64,000 nucleotides of DNA from NCBI GenBank assembly GCA_964636235.1, contig CAZWQV010000002.1, forward strand, positions 37,607-101,606. Reading direction: 5' to 3'. Source of the stretch: an uncultured Thermoplasmatales archaeon (GTDB lineage Archaea > Thermoplasmatota > E2 > DHVEG-1). The notes beneath the pieces were generated by a model, which searched no databases, was not told the DNA's origin, and saw nothing but the letters and a program-made list of their open reading frames with translations. Shown here one piece after another: positions 8,829 through 18,120 of the stretch (within the stretch, counting starts at the first letter, position 1; each line of letters begins with the position of its first letter). The position numbers and the translations under genes were made by a program.

Positions 8829-9585
8829 TGGTAATATATTTGAATCCTAATTTTTTGAATGACTTAATTATATTATCAGCTGATGATAGAATTTTTTTCA
8901 TATCATCTTTTTTCACTTCTATTCGAGCTATTTCATGATGATATCTTACTCTAGATTGCTTTATTCCCAATGAATACAATACATTTTCTGCCTTTTCAAT
9001 TTGATTTAGGATATCTTCTGATATTCTAGTATTGTATGGTATTCTTGTTGCTAAACAAGGATTTGCAGGTTTGTCCCATGTTGATAAATGAAACTGTTTT
9101 GAAAGAGATCTGATGTCCTGCTTTGTTAAATTTGCTTGAACCAATGGACTTAATATCCCTAATTCTTTTAAAGCTTTTAAACCCGGGCGATACTGGTCTA
9201 AATCATCCAAGTTGCTACCCTCCAAAACTGATGAAATATTATGGGATTTGACAAAGTCTATTATTGTTGAGAACATGTATTTTTTACAATGATAACATCT
9301 ATCTGAAGGGTTTTCATAAAATCTTTTCATTTTTGTCATATCGATTTTTAATAGATGATGTGGAATTGAAAAAGAATTAGCAATTAATTTTGCTTCATTT
9401 ATTTCTTTCTTGGAATGAGCAGATGTTTGAAGAGTAACGGCAATGCAATTATTGCCAAGGACCTTCGATGTAATCTTTAATAGAAATGTACTGTCTACAC
9501 CTCCTGAAAAGGCAACTACTGCTGTTTTAAGTTTTTTAATGTTGTTTTCCAATATATCAATTTTATCTTGTAACTCTTTGTCCAC
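8782..9585 (-). CDS. larE: LarE (ATP-dependent sulfur transferase, PP-loop ATPase)
   Basis: PP-loop motif VAFSGGVDSTFLL and the conserved sacrificial-cysteine motif ANPCLATRIPY. Confidence 0.8.
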   Translation of the reverse strand: MDKELQDKIDILENNIKKLKTAVVAFSGGVDSTFLLKITSKVLGNNCIAVTLQTSAHSKKEINEAKLIANSFSIPHHLLKIDMTKMKRFYENPSDRCYHCKKYMFSTIIDFVKSHNISSVLEGSNLDDLDQYRPGLKALKELGILSPLVQANLTKQDIRSLSKQFHLSTWDKPANPCLATRIPYNTRISEDILNQIEKAENVLYSLGIKQSRVRYHHEIARIEVKKDDMKKILSSADNIIKSFKKLGFKYITIDIEGYRSGSLDEVL

Positions 9586-9632
9586 ACTAATTAAAAAATG
9601 ATTTATTATATATAAATTTGCTATTGACCTAG

Positions 9633-10496
9633 TTATTGTTTAATTTGTGATTCTACGTATTCTGCGCCAGAAGAAGTTAACTCTAAAGTATCATCGGATA
9701 CATATTTGATCATTTCCATGTTTGACAGTTTTTTTATCATTTGGATGAGTTCTTCTTTTGACACTTTTAATATACGGATTGCAGTATCAGCATCCATATC
9801 CTGCTTATGCATCAATTCGAGAAGATTATATTCTTTCTCGAAAATTTTTGTTTTTTTCTGAAGAGATTCCGGGTCATCAGATATTTCACCTGATAAAGTT
9901 TCAACATAATTTTGAATGATGCTATCTAAATTTAATCGATCTAATACATTTCCTTTATCATCGTATAGGGTACAAAATTTACTACCTTCCTCATGTTGCC
10001 ATGAGGAAACTTTTTTCCAGTTATAACCTAATTTATTTTCCCCAGGGCTGCCATCTTTTTTCTTTTTCTTTTTTAATCTTCGTTCAAAAACATGATGCTG
10101 TTCAAGCTGTATCTGATCCAGGTCAATACCATTATTTTCTATGTCCTGTGTTAATTGTTTACCAAATTTTTCTTTCAGTTCAGTGATAAAATAGAGTCCT
10201 GCTTCCTCATTAAGTTCATCATAAACCATTCTAATAAGTGATTCAATACAGCGAACAATGCGTTGTTTATCGATCTTATTTATGATATCTGAATGAATTA
10301 GGATTATTTTTTCTTTATCATCTGTTTGATGGTTTGTAAACGTGACATCCTTTAAGAACTCATATTTAGTTGAAAGGCTGAGCAAACAAGCTTTTATAGT
10401 ATCATCTGCGAATCTCTCGGATGTTCTTCTTCCAGCTACTTTATAAACAGATTGAATTGCTGTTTTCATCAGTTCTGAATTCTTTTTATTAACCAT
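9633..10496 (-). CDS. Uncharacterised two-domain protein: N-terminal unknown domain + C-terminal winged-HTH (paralog of 29839..30663)
   Basis: Shares AGRRTS..FA, GLYF..E.KE..GK, ENGIDL, LD.LNLD..I, EYELL and a C-terminal wHTH-like segment with the protein at 29839..30663. Confidence 0.4.
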   Translation of the reverse strand: MVNKKNSELMKTAIQSVYKVAGRRTSERFADDTIKACLLSLSTKYEFLKDVTFTNHQTDDKEKIILIHSDIINKIDKQRIVRCIESLIRMVYDELNEEAGLYFITELKEKFGKQLTQDIENNGIDLDQIQLEQHHVFERRLKKKKKKDGSPGENKLGYNWKKVSSWQHEEGSKFCTLYDDKGNVLDRLNLDSIIQNYVETLSGEISDDPESLQKKTKIFEKEYNLLELMHKQDMDADTAIRILKVSKEELIQMIKKLSNMEMIKYVSDDTLELTSSGAEYVESQIKQ

Positions 10497-10960
10497 CTTC
10501 CTTCACAGACGCTTCAAGGTTAATTGGCTCTTATAATATAATATCGTAGGTTTTTTTAAAAGTTTACTAATTTTTATGAATTATATCGTATTAATAAATA
10601 TTTTGTAAATGATGTATTTTATTAAATTACTAATAAAATTCCTAATAGATATCATTATATATATTATAACGAATAATTTTATAGTTATTTATTTTTATTT
10701 AACAAATATGGGCCATGTAGTTAGAGAGAGATACTCTATAACATCAAACCGACTCTTTGTTAAACCGTTGAATTGATCATCTCATTATATAAAATTTTTA
10801 TATATGGGTGATATCTGTTGAAATATATATGCTATATAGAATAGCCTTATAAATCCATAGTCATTAAAACCTCACATGAGGATTTGCTTTTAAAAGAGGG
10901 GAATACCATTTTTATTTCATCGCATCCTCTTTCTCCTCTCCAGTTCTAATTAAATAAATG

Positions 10961-11428
10961 TTAAAGCTTGTGTTTTTCAAAATAATCTTGATGGTATCCT
11001 TCAGCAGGATAAAAGGTAGATGCGGGCATTATTTCTGTTACAATTTTTTTATCGTAATTGCCTGATTTTTCAAGAAGCTTTAATGATTTTTCAGCGATTT
11101 GTTTTTGTTCATTTGTAGAATAATAAATAACAGAACGATATTGATAACCAATATCAACTCCTTGTCCATCAGATTGAGTTGGATTGTGTATCTTCCAAAA
11201 GATATCAAGCAGATCTGCAAAAGAAATTATAGTAGGATCATAGAGAATTTGTACTACTTCTGCATGACCAGTTTTACTAGAACAAACATCCTTATAGGTA
11301 GGATTTTTCATGTTTCCACCCATATAACCGACTGTTGTTTCGATAACACCAGGTTCATGTTTAAATGCTTCCTCAACCCCCCAAAAACATCCTGCGCCAA
11401 AAGTAATTTTTTCAACCATATGCTTCAC
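10961..11428 (-). CDS. msrA: peptide methionine sulfoxide reductase MsrA
   Basis: Active-site motif FGAGCFWGVE and family-typical length of 155 aa. Confidence 0.9.
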   Translation of the reverse strand: MKHMVEKITFGAGCFWGVEEAFKHEPGVIETTVGYMGGNMKNPTYKDVCSSKTGHAEVVQILYDPTIISFADLLDIFWKIHNPTQSDGQGVDIGYQYRSVIYYSTNEQKQIAEKSLKLLEKSGNYDKKIVTEIMPASTFYPAEGYHQDYFEKHKL

Positions 11429-11435
11429 TTTATAA

Positions 11436-12140
11436 TTAACATTGTTTTTTTACTAATCTTTTTTGTATCTTCTCACTTTTTAGTTCAGTTAATGCATTAT
11501 TTGCAATCCATTGAGCACTTTTTGTATTGTTTCTTTTTATTGACTCAGCGATCTGAATTGCTTTTAAATTTAATTCAAGATTTCTTTTACCAATCTGTCT
11601 CAGAGCCCAATTAACTGCTTTTTTAACAAAATTTCTGTCATCATTACATTCACGAATGATACAATCAAAAAAAATATCGAATTGGATATTTTCCATTTGC
11701 TTATTATGAACCGATAGACAAGCCATTAATACAAATCCTGCCCTTTTTACAAACGTATCTTTACAAGCACTCCATTCAAGAGCCTTAGAGATTGCATAAG
11801 GAGTTTTATCAAATAAGTTGCTACAACATTGATCACAGATATCCCAAGAATCAAAATCTTTAACCCATGCTTCCATTTGATCACTAGTAACACAATTTGC
11901 TTCATCAATCAAACAGGCAAGAAGTCGTGCTTCATGTATTTTGCTTTGCCATAATTGTTGAGCTAAGGAGTGGCTCTTTCCAATTTCTTTTGCATATGAT
12001 CGTAATTGATAAATAGAAATCCCAATCGCATCTGAAGCATTGATATTAACTCTTTTCATATCATGAATTCTTTTTTCTGAAGCTATTGAATGCAAATGAG
12101 TTAAAATGTCCTGTACTTTCATCAAGAAAGAGATATCCAT
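11436..12140 (-). CDS. DNA alkylation repair enzyme family protein (AlkD/AlkC-like HEAT-like repeats)
   Basis: 234 aa all-helical protein. Its repeat architecture and motifs (WA.KDF..W.ICD) resemble the DNA_alkylation family. Confidence 0.55.
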   Translation of the reverse strand: MDISFLMKVQDILTHLHSIASEKRIHDMKRVNINASDAIGISIYQLRSYAKEIGKSHSLAQQLWQSKIHEARLLACLIDEANCVTSDQMEAWVKDFDSWDICDQCCSNLFDKTPYAISKALEWSACKDTFVKRAGFVLMACLSVHNKQMENIQFDIFFDCIIRECNDDRNFVKKAVNWALRQIGKRNLELNLKAIQIAESIKRNNTKSAQWIANNALTELKSEKIQKRLVKKQC

Positions 12141-12260
12141 ACTTATCTATATCAAACATACTGTTGATAGGGAAAAACCAAGGTTCATTAAAAGAAAATT
12201 TTTTTAAACTGGTTAATACATTATTCAGATGAAAAAAAATACAATAAAAAGTGATTAACA

Positions 12261-12437
12261 GTGAACGAAGATGATAAGAAAGCATTCCTTGAAGATTTCA
12301 AAAATAGAGACATCAATCAAAAATTAGACATGTGGTTTTATGCACTTGATCAAGGTGGAATTTGGGAAGAATTACTTGCTGAAATGTCTAATATTGCAAC
12401 TGTCGAACAGATGAAACAGATGAAGAATAAAGCCTAA
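12261..12437 (+). CDS. Small hypothetical protein (58 aa, GTG start), paralog of downstream ORF
   Basis: Not in the ORF track (<60 aa). Supported by clear paralogy with 12460..12663 (KKAF.EDFK....LDMW.YAL.Q..W...L..M..IA). Confidence 0.35.
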   Translation: MNEDDKKAFLEDFKNRDINQKLDMWFYALDQGGIWEELLAEMSNIATVEQMKQMKNKA

Positions 12438-12459
12438 TGAAAGACGCGAAGGGATTATC

Positions 12460-12663
12460 ATGGATGATGAAGGTAAAAAAGAATTTATGAAAGAATTCAA
12501 AGAATCAGATGGATCGACAAGATTAGATATGTGGGATTATGCCTTACAACAACAAGTTCTATGGGATGATATCCTTACACAGATGCAAAAAATCGCTCAT
12601 GAACAAGGAATCGATAAAAAATTAGAAAAATTAATTGATGAGGAAATGAAAAAACAAGAATAA
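12460..12663 (+). CDS. Small hypothetical protein (67 aa), tandem paralog
   Basis: Shares the FKE.D...LDMWDYAL.QQ.W..IL..M..IA motif with the upstream 58-aa ORF. Predicted helical and acidic. Confidence 0.4.
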   Translation: MDDEGKKEFMKEFKESDGSTRLDMWDYALQQQVLWDDILTQMQKIAHEQGIDKKLEKLIDEEMKKQE

Positions 12664-12737
12664 TAAACGCTTTCTTGGTCAAGTCTTCAAACATTTTTAA
12701 ATTCATTATATTATCTGGAAATATAGGTATTAATATT

Positions 12738-13868
12738 CTATTTTCTATAAAGCAATCGTTCATAATACTGTGAAGTTCCAGTGTTGAGTATTTCAGTTAT
12801 TATTTTTTCTGTAACCGGTCCAACACCTTTTATATTCTGCAATTCGAATTTCATTGAAGATAATGGTTGGGTGAGTTGGGAAATCTGATATGATGCGTAA
12901 CCATAAGGGGATTTTTTTCCATTTATTTTATGTAAATAATCAAGTTGATCCAAAATAACAGAAACAGTATCATTTTCGCATAGTATATTGTTAAATAAGG
13001 ATGCAGGAATTCGAATTGGGATGTGATTATTTTTCATTAACGTAATAAATGTTTCATGAATGGAATGAGTATACTCCTTTGTTGCCTGTCCCCAGGTATC
13101 ATTTTTATAGATTATCTCATAATCAGTTAAAAGATGAGGATAATGTTCTTTTAGAGTTTGATAAAAGAATTCTTTTTGTTTTCCTTTTTTTAGAGTCATT
13201 CCCCCAAAAATTACATAATCAATATCCATATCGATAAAATCTTGTATGGTTTTCTTCATACTCGTAACAGTATCGGTGATAAATGGAATCACAGGCATTA
13301 AAAATACTCCTACGGTGAATCCTTTCTTTTTTAATTTTTTCATTGTTTTTAATTTTTCACTTGGAGAAGAAGTTCCCGGTTCAAAAATTGAACAAATATC
13401 ATCATCTGTTGAACAGAAACTAAAATTTAATAATAAATTATTTTTTTCATGTACTTCAGAAAATAAATCTATATCCCGTTCAATCAGAGTTGATTTGGTA
13501 AGAATTGAAATTGGTAAATGATAATGATTAAGCAATTCAAGAGTCTTTCTGGTTAATTGATATGTTTTTTCGATTGGTTGATAACTATCTCCAACGCCTC
13601 CACCTAATAAAATATAGCATTTTTTAAATGATTTTTTCTTTTTTAACAACCGAAGTTCTTTATTAAGTACTTCAATAGCATTGATCTTAACTTCTACATC
13701 TTCTCCAAAACATCCATTAACTTGATATTTCTCAGATCTTCCATCACAATAAACACAATTATGTAAACAACCTCTATACAGATTCATGCCATAACAGGAT
13801 ATAAACCACGAATCCATTCGTTTATAAGTACGAAGAATTGATTTAGCCTTTATTTCCTTAATAGTCAT
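12738..13868 (-). CDS. Radical SAM protein, SplB/DNA-repair-photolyase-like (COG1533) with C-terminal helix-hairpin-helix
   Basis: CxxxCxxC motif CLHNCVYC near the N-terminus. The C-terminus carries an HhH-like IKGVGPVTEKII. Confidence 0.55.
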   Translation of the reverse strand: MTIKEIKAKSILRTYKRMDSWFISCYGMNLYRGCLHNCVYCDGRSEKYQVNGCFGEDVEVKINAIEVLNKELRLLKKKKSFKKCYILLGGGVGDSYQPIEKTYQLTRKTLELLNHYHLPISILTKSTLIERDIDLFSEVHEKNNLLLNFSFCSTDDDICSIFEPGTSSPSEKLKTMKKLKKKGFTVGVFLMPVIPFITDTVTSMKKTIQDFIDMDIDYVIFGGMTLKKGKQKEFFYQTLKEHYPHLLTDYEIIYKNDTWGQATKEYTHSIHETFITLMKNNHIPIRIPASLFNNILCENDTVSVILDQLDYLHKINGKKSPYGYASYQISQLTQPLSSMKFELQNIKGVGPVTEKIITEILNTGTSQYYERLLYRK

Positions 13869-14068
13869 ACAGAAAGTATGAATTAGAAATATTGCTTAAA
13901 CATTTTCTTCCATGATTGGTTTAAATTTTAATGAGAAGTGAACTAATACAAATAAGTTAGTTATTTTATCATATCTATAGAAAGTAAACAGTATTTATTT
14001 AAATGATTATAGTAATTTGCTTTAATTGTTTATTATCAATTTATTACTTTTCAATATTGGAGGAGAAT

Positions 14069-16267
14069 ATGCCAACAAAACATCAAATGGAATATGAGGA
14101 TCTTGAAACATTAATTGATACTTATCCTGGAGGTATGTGTCTAACTAATCTTGAAGGACATGTTTATGCGATCAATGATTATTTCACTCATGTTTTAAAC
14201 ATTTCAAGAGAAGAACTGGTTGGAAAAAAGGGATGGCATCTTATTGAAAAATTCTCCAGTGAAATACGAAAAAAAGAATTTCAAAAAGCGATTGAAAATA
14301 AAAAATCTGTTGAGTTTGTTGATTATGAGCGAGGAAGATGGTGGAAGACAACTGCAACTCCCATTGTAAATGAACATATTCAAGAAATAAAACTAGCTGT
14401 GTTTGTTAATGATATTAGTAGTGAAATGAAGAATGAGGAAAAAAAATTACTCAACCAAGAACATTATTTTTTATCACTTATAGAAAACACAATGGACATT
14501 ATCACTGTTATTGATAATGATGGAACAATCCTATATCAAAGTCCATCGTTGACAAAAATCTTAGGATATAAATTAAAAGAACGAATTGGTAAACACTTCT
14601 TTGATTTGATTCATGATGAAGATGTACCTGAAATGAAGAATTTTTTTAATCAGATATTAACAAAATCCGGTATAACAAAAAAAATCTCATATAGAATCAA
14701 AGATAAAAATGGTTCCTATCGATATTTTGAATCCATTGGATATAACCAACTGCAGAATCGATTAATTAAAGGAGTAATAATTAATTCGAGAGATATGACT
14801 GATAGGATAAATGCAGAGTCTAAATTACTACAAAGTGAATTGAAAAGTGCTGCTATTTTAGAAGCAATACCTGATCTTATGTTTACAATTGATGCTGATG
14901 GAACTTTTATTGATTATCATGCAAAAAGGGACATTTTATATGAAAAACCTGACTTCTTTATGGGTAAAAATATTAATGAAATATTACCCTCAGATATATC
15001 CAAAAAAGCACTTGAATGTATTAAAAGAACAATTAACACAGGTAAATTACAAAAATTTGAATATTCTTTAAAACTAAAAGGAAAAGAGCGTTGGTTTGAA
15101 GGAAGATTCGTTCTCAAGGGAGATAAAGAAGTCCTGATCATTTCAAGGGAAGTTACTAATGCCCATAAATCAAATGAACAAATAAAAAGGACCAAAGAGT
15201 ATCTTCAAAAAATTATTGACAATACATCCGAATTAATTTTTACAGTTGGATCAGATTTTAAGATAAGAACATGGAATGATACTGCTACACAAATAACTGG
15301 TATTAAAAGAAAACAAGCTTTGAATAGCGATATACGAACGTTTCAAGACATTGAAAATATTGAGGAACTTGTTCAATATATGAAAAAGGTTTTTCGTGAA
15401 AGACCTGCAATGATTAAGTATATAAATATTAAAACAAGATTTAACACAAAACGACTATTTAGAGTATCTGCTTCTATAATAAGAAATAATGCAAAAGTAA
15501 TCACTGATATTGTATTTCTTTGCCATGATGTAACTTTTATGGAAATTGCTAATTCTCAGTTGATCTCTGGCCTTGGTTATCTTGTTATTAATGAATCTTC
15601 TGAATATGTTAATAATATTACCTCAGGATTGATTCAGGATGGAAGAGAGGGGTTATTCTTTACAAGAAATATGATAAAAGAAGGATTAGAACATATCCAA
15701 CATGAAAAATTGCATTTTTCATTTTATTCCGAAAGCCCCGATTTTGATATTTCTGGCATTAAAAGTTTGGATGATATTTATAAACAAACCTCTGATTTTG
15801 TTAAACATCATGACCATGGATTTATATGTATCAATAGAATTGATTATCTAGTCATTCGTTTTGATTTCAAATCTGTCATGAATCTCTTTTATGAAATTCA
15901 TGATTTAATTCATCAACATGATATTTTATTTTTAATTTGTTTTAACGAAGATATGTTCACATCAAAAGAACTAGCACTTTTCTATCAAGAATTCAACCGG
16001 TTGCCTTCTCAAAAAATTACAGATATTTATCTCGATGCTAATTTATTTGAAATGCTTGAATTCATTTATATGGAAAATAATATCAATCGTATTGTTACTC
16101 AAATGAAGATTTGTAGATATCTATCGATATCAAAAGTTACTTCACAGAAGAGAATTAAAGAACTACTTTCAAAAAAACTGATTACATCGAAAAATGTAGG
16201 AAGAGCAAATCATTTATTTATAACAGAAAAAGGAAAAGAGTTATTAAAGCATTGGAAAAAACCATAG
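14069..16267 (+). CDS. Multi-PAS sensor / DUF835-like domain / C-terminal winged-HTH one-component regulator
   Basis: Three PAS-like repeats (starting ~res 30, 150, 280) and a later region resembling DUF835 (FICINRIDYLVIRFDF...ILFLICFNEDMF). The C-terminal wHTH is ICRYLSISKVTSQKRIKELLSKKLI. Start chosen at the ATG at 14069, preceded by ggaggag. Confidence 0.6.
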   Translation: MPTKHQMEYEDLETLIDTYPGGMCLTNLEGHVYAINDYFTHVLNISREELVGKKGWHLIEKFSSEIRKKEFQKAIENKKSVEFVDYERGRWWKTTATPIVNEHIQEIKLAVFVNDISSEMKNEEKKLLNQEHYFLSLIENTMDIITVIDNDGTILYQSPSLTKILGYKLKERIGKHFFDLIHDEDVPEMKNFFNQILTKSGITKKISYRIKDKNGSYRYFESIGYNQLQNRLIKGVIINSRDMTDRINAESKLLQSELKSAAILEAIPDLMFTIDADGTFIDYHAKRDILYEKPDFFMGKNINEILPSDISKKALECIKRTINTGKLQKFEYSLKLKGKERWFEGRFVLKGDKEVLIISREVTNAHKSNEQIKRTKEYLQKIIDNTSELIFTVGSDFKIRTWNDTATQITGIKRKQALNSDIRTFQDIENIEELVQYMKKVFRERPAMIKYINIKTRFNTKRLFRVSASIIRNNAKVITDIVFLCHDVTFMEIANSQLISGLGYLVINESSEYVNNITSGLIQDGREGLFFTRNMIKEGLEHIQHEKLHFSFYSESPDFDISGIKSLDDIYKQTSDFVKHHDHGFICINRIDYLVIRFDFKSVMNLFYEIHDLIHQHDILFLICFNEDMFTSKELALFYQEFNRLPSQKITDIYLDANLFEMLEFIYMENNINRIVTQMKICRYLSISKVTSQKRIKELLSKKLITSKNVGRANHLFITEKGKELLKHWKKP

Positions 16268-16313
16268 CTTTTTTGTAATATATTTTACCATATGGTGAAA
16301 ATGAGGAAAGCAA

Positions 16314-16577
16314 ATGAATCCAATAATTAAAAGACCAACTGAAAAAGAAAAAGCTGGTGCTCAAAAATGGCCAATATGGGAAAAAGAAATCTCAACATTT
16401 CCCTGGGAATATACGAGTCAAGAGACTTGTTTATTATTAGAAGGGGACGTAATCGTTACTAACGAATTAGGAAGAACATTTCATTTTGGAACAGGAGATT
16501 ATGTTGTTTTTCCTAAAGGAATGAAATGTATGTGGGATATTAAAAAACCGGTTCGTAAGCATTATAATTTAAAATAA
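16314..16577 (+). CDS. cupin-domain small protein (DUF861/cupin_3-like)
   Basis: 87 aa with beta-barrel cupin-like motifs (LLLEGDVIVTNE.G..FHFGTGDYVVFPKG). Confidence 0.45.
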   Translation: MNPIIKRPTEKEKAGAQKWPIWEKEISTFPWEYTSQETCLLLEGDVIVTNELGRTFHFGTGDYVVFPKGMKCMWDIKKPVRKHYNLK

Positions 16578-16585
16578 AAAAAGAT

Positions 16586-16607
16586 AAAAAATCGAATTCG
16601 ATTTTTT
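16586..16607. terminator. Perfect 22-nt palindrome (aaaaaatcgaattcgatttttt) between convergent genes; bidirectional terminator candidate
   Basis: Self-complementary sequence flanked by A- and T-runs. Lies exactly between the cupin gene (+, ends 16577) and asnA (-, ends 16610). Confidence 0.5.
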
Positions 16608-16609
16608 AT

Positions 16610-17746
16610 TTATTGTAATACATGTATGTTTTTCTTTTCGCAAATATCCTTTAGTTGCTGAGGCCAGACTGTATTGCTGACTTCACCAAGATGAGCTTTT
16701 TTCAAAAGAAGCATAAATGTTCGTTCTTGACCTATACCACCACCGATACTCAAAGGAATTTCATTATTCATAATCATTTTATGATAAGGAAGTTTTAGAG
16801 AATCAAGTTGATTGCTCATCTCAAGTTGTTTCTTTAATGTTTCAGGTGTGACTCGAATTCCCATTGAAGTAAGTTCATGCCGTCTTTCTGTCACTGGATT
16901 CCAAACCAAGATATCACCGTTTAAACCATGGTATGTTTCACCATTTTTCGTTACGGTTTCAGTTACCCAATCATCATAATCTGCAGCTCTCATTTCATGA
17001 GGATATCCATCCTTCAAAGGCCAACCAATACCAATAATAAATATTGCTGGATGTTCTTGAATAATTTTAGTCTCTCTTTGTTTTCTGGGAAGATTTGGGT
17101 ACATGTCTAAGATCTCTTCAGCATGGAAAAATTCTAATTTATCAGGAAGACCAGGATATTTAGAACTTTCAAGAACAGGATAATTATCAAGAGTGTATTT
17201 TTCTGCTCCTTTCAACACTTTCCAGATTTTCTGAACAGTATTTTTAAGATAATCCAAGGTTCTATCTTCTTTTATAATTACTTTTTCCCAGTCCCATTGT
17301 CCAACATAACTACTATGATCATGGTCTAAAAAGTAATCTTTTCGTACTGCACGCATATCTGTGCACAAACCCTCACCGTTATCCATGCCGTATTGTTTTA
17401 ATGCAAACCGTTTCCATTTGGTAACTGCTTGAACAATTTGTGCATCGATTCTTTTTGGAATGCCCAGTCCACAGGGAAATGATACAGGAGTTCTTGACCC
17501 ATCACGGTCAAGCATGTCGTTAAATCCACTTTCTTTATCAACAATCAGCGGACAGGTGACCATCATAAGATTAAGTTCTTTACAGAGATTTTTTTCAATA
17601 TAATGTTTAACGTCCCAAAGGGCTCTTTGTGTTTCATTTTTATTAAGTAAGGAGTTATAATTTGATGGAAGAATTTTTTCGACTTCCTCATAAGTACTAA
17701 TTCCTGGACCTGCAAGATCAGCTTTTTTGTCGTTCATATCTATCAC
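16610..17746 (-). CDS. asnA: aspartate--ammonia ligase (AsnA-type asparagine synthetase)
   Basis: Strong similarity to AsnA across the protein (SSYVGQWDWEKVI, GIGWPLKDGYPHEMRAADYDDW, GLNGDILVWNPV, SMGIRV, SIGGGIGQERT). Confidence 0.85.
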   Translation of the reverse strand: MIDMNDKKADLAGPGISTYEEVEKILPSNYNSLLNKNETQRALWDVKHYIEKNLCKELNLMMVTCPLIVDKESGFNDMLDRDGSRTPVSFPCGLGIPKRIDAQIVQAVTKWKRFALKQYGMDNGEGLCTDMRAVRKDYFLDHDHSSYVGQWDWEKVIIKEDRTLDYLKNTVQKIWKVLKGAEKYTLDNYPVLESSKYPGLPDKLEFFHAEEILDMYPNLPRKQRETKIIQEHPAIFIIGIGWPLKDGYPHEMRAADYDDWVTETVTKNGETYHGLNGDILVWNPVTERRHELTSMGIRVTPETLKKQLEMSNQLDSLKLPYHKMIMNNEIPLSIGGGIGQERTFMLLLKKAHLGEVSNTVWPQQLKDICEKKNIHVLQ

Positions 17747-17922
17747 TCCGGGTTTTATTTGAGGTGCATATCAAAGTAGAATATTTAAATCTTTTATAGC
17801 AAATATTGTACAATAATGGATAAATGGTAAAAAAATTGAATAAAAATAATCAATTATTCGATTTACGTATCCGTCAATCTAATTTTTATTTTAACAATAC
17901 TTTATAAATATATTCAATGAAG

Positions 17923-17994
17923 CAGCCCTGACCAGATTCGAACTGGTGTCGCTGGCTCCAAAGGCCAGAATGTTAACCACTACACCACAGGGCC
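17923..17994 (-). tRNA. tRNA-Gln (anticodon TTG)
   Basis: The reverse complement gives a cloverleaf: acceptor GGCCCUG/CAGGGCU, D-arm GUGGUGUAGUGGUUAAC, anticodon stem CUGGC/GCCAG with loop CUUUGGA (anticodon UUG), T-arm GGUUCGAAUCUGGUC. CCA is not encoded. Confidence 0.8.
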
Positions 17995-18120
17995 ATACAC
18001 GTTTGGACCCTAGGATACAGATTTACATATTTAACTTTTTCATGTAAAATATAGTGATACAATTCAAATTTGTTAATTTTTATTGCATATGCCTCTTTTT
18101 CTCTTTTAATGATTTCAATC

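Noticed and set aside
10497-10960. Long 460-bp AT-rich spacer examined for an RNA gene or repeat element
   Set aside because: Only a short hairpin (cctcacatgagg around 10868) and the TTCTCCTCTCC 11-mer were seen. No convincing structured RNA or repeat array; most likely promoter/terminator space for the two divergent or convergent genes.
17923-17994. tRNA-Gln as an integration site of a mobile element or genomic island
   Set aside because: No integrase, recombinase or direct repeat of the tRNA 3' end was found in the flanking 10 kb. Neighbouring genes are ordinary housekeeping or redox genes.
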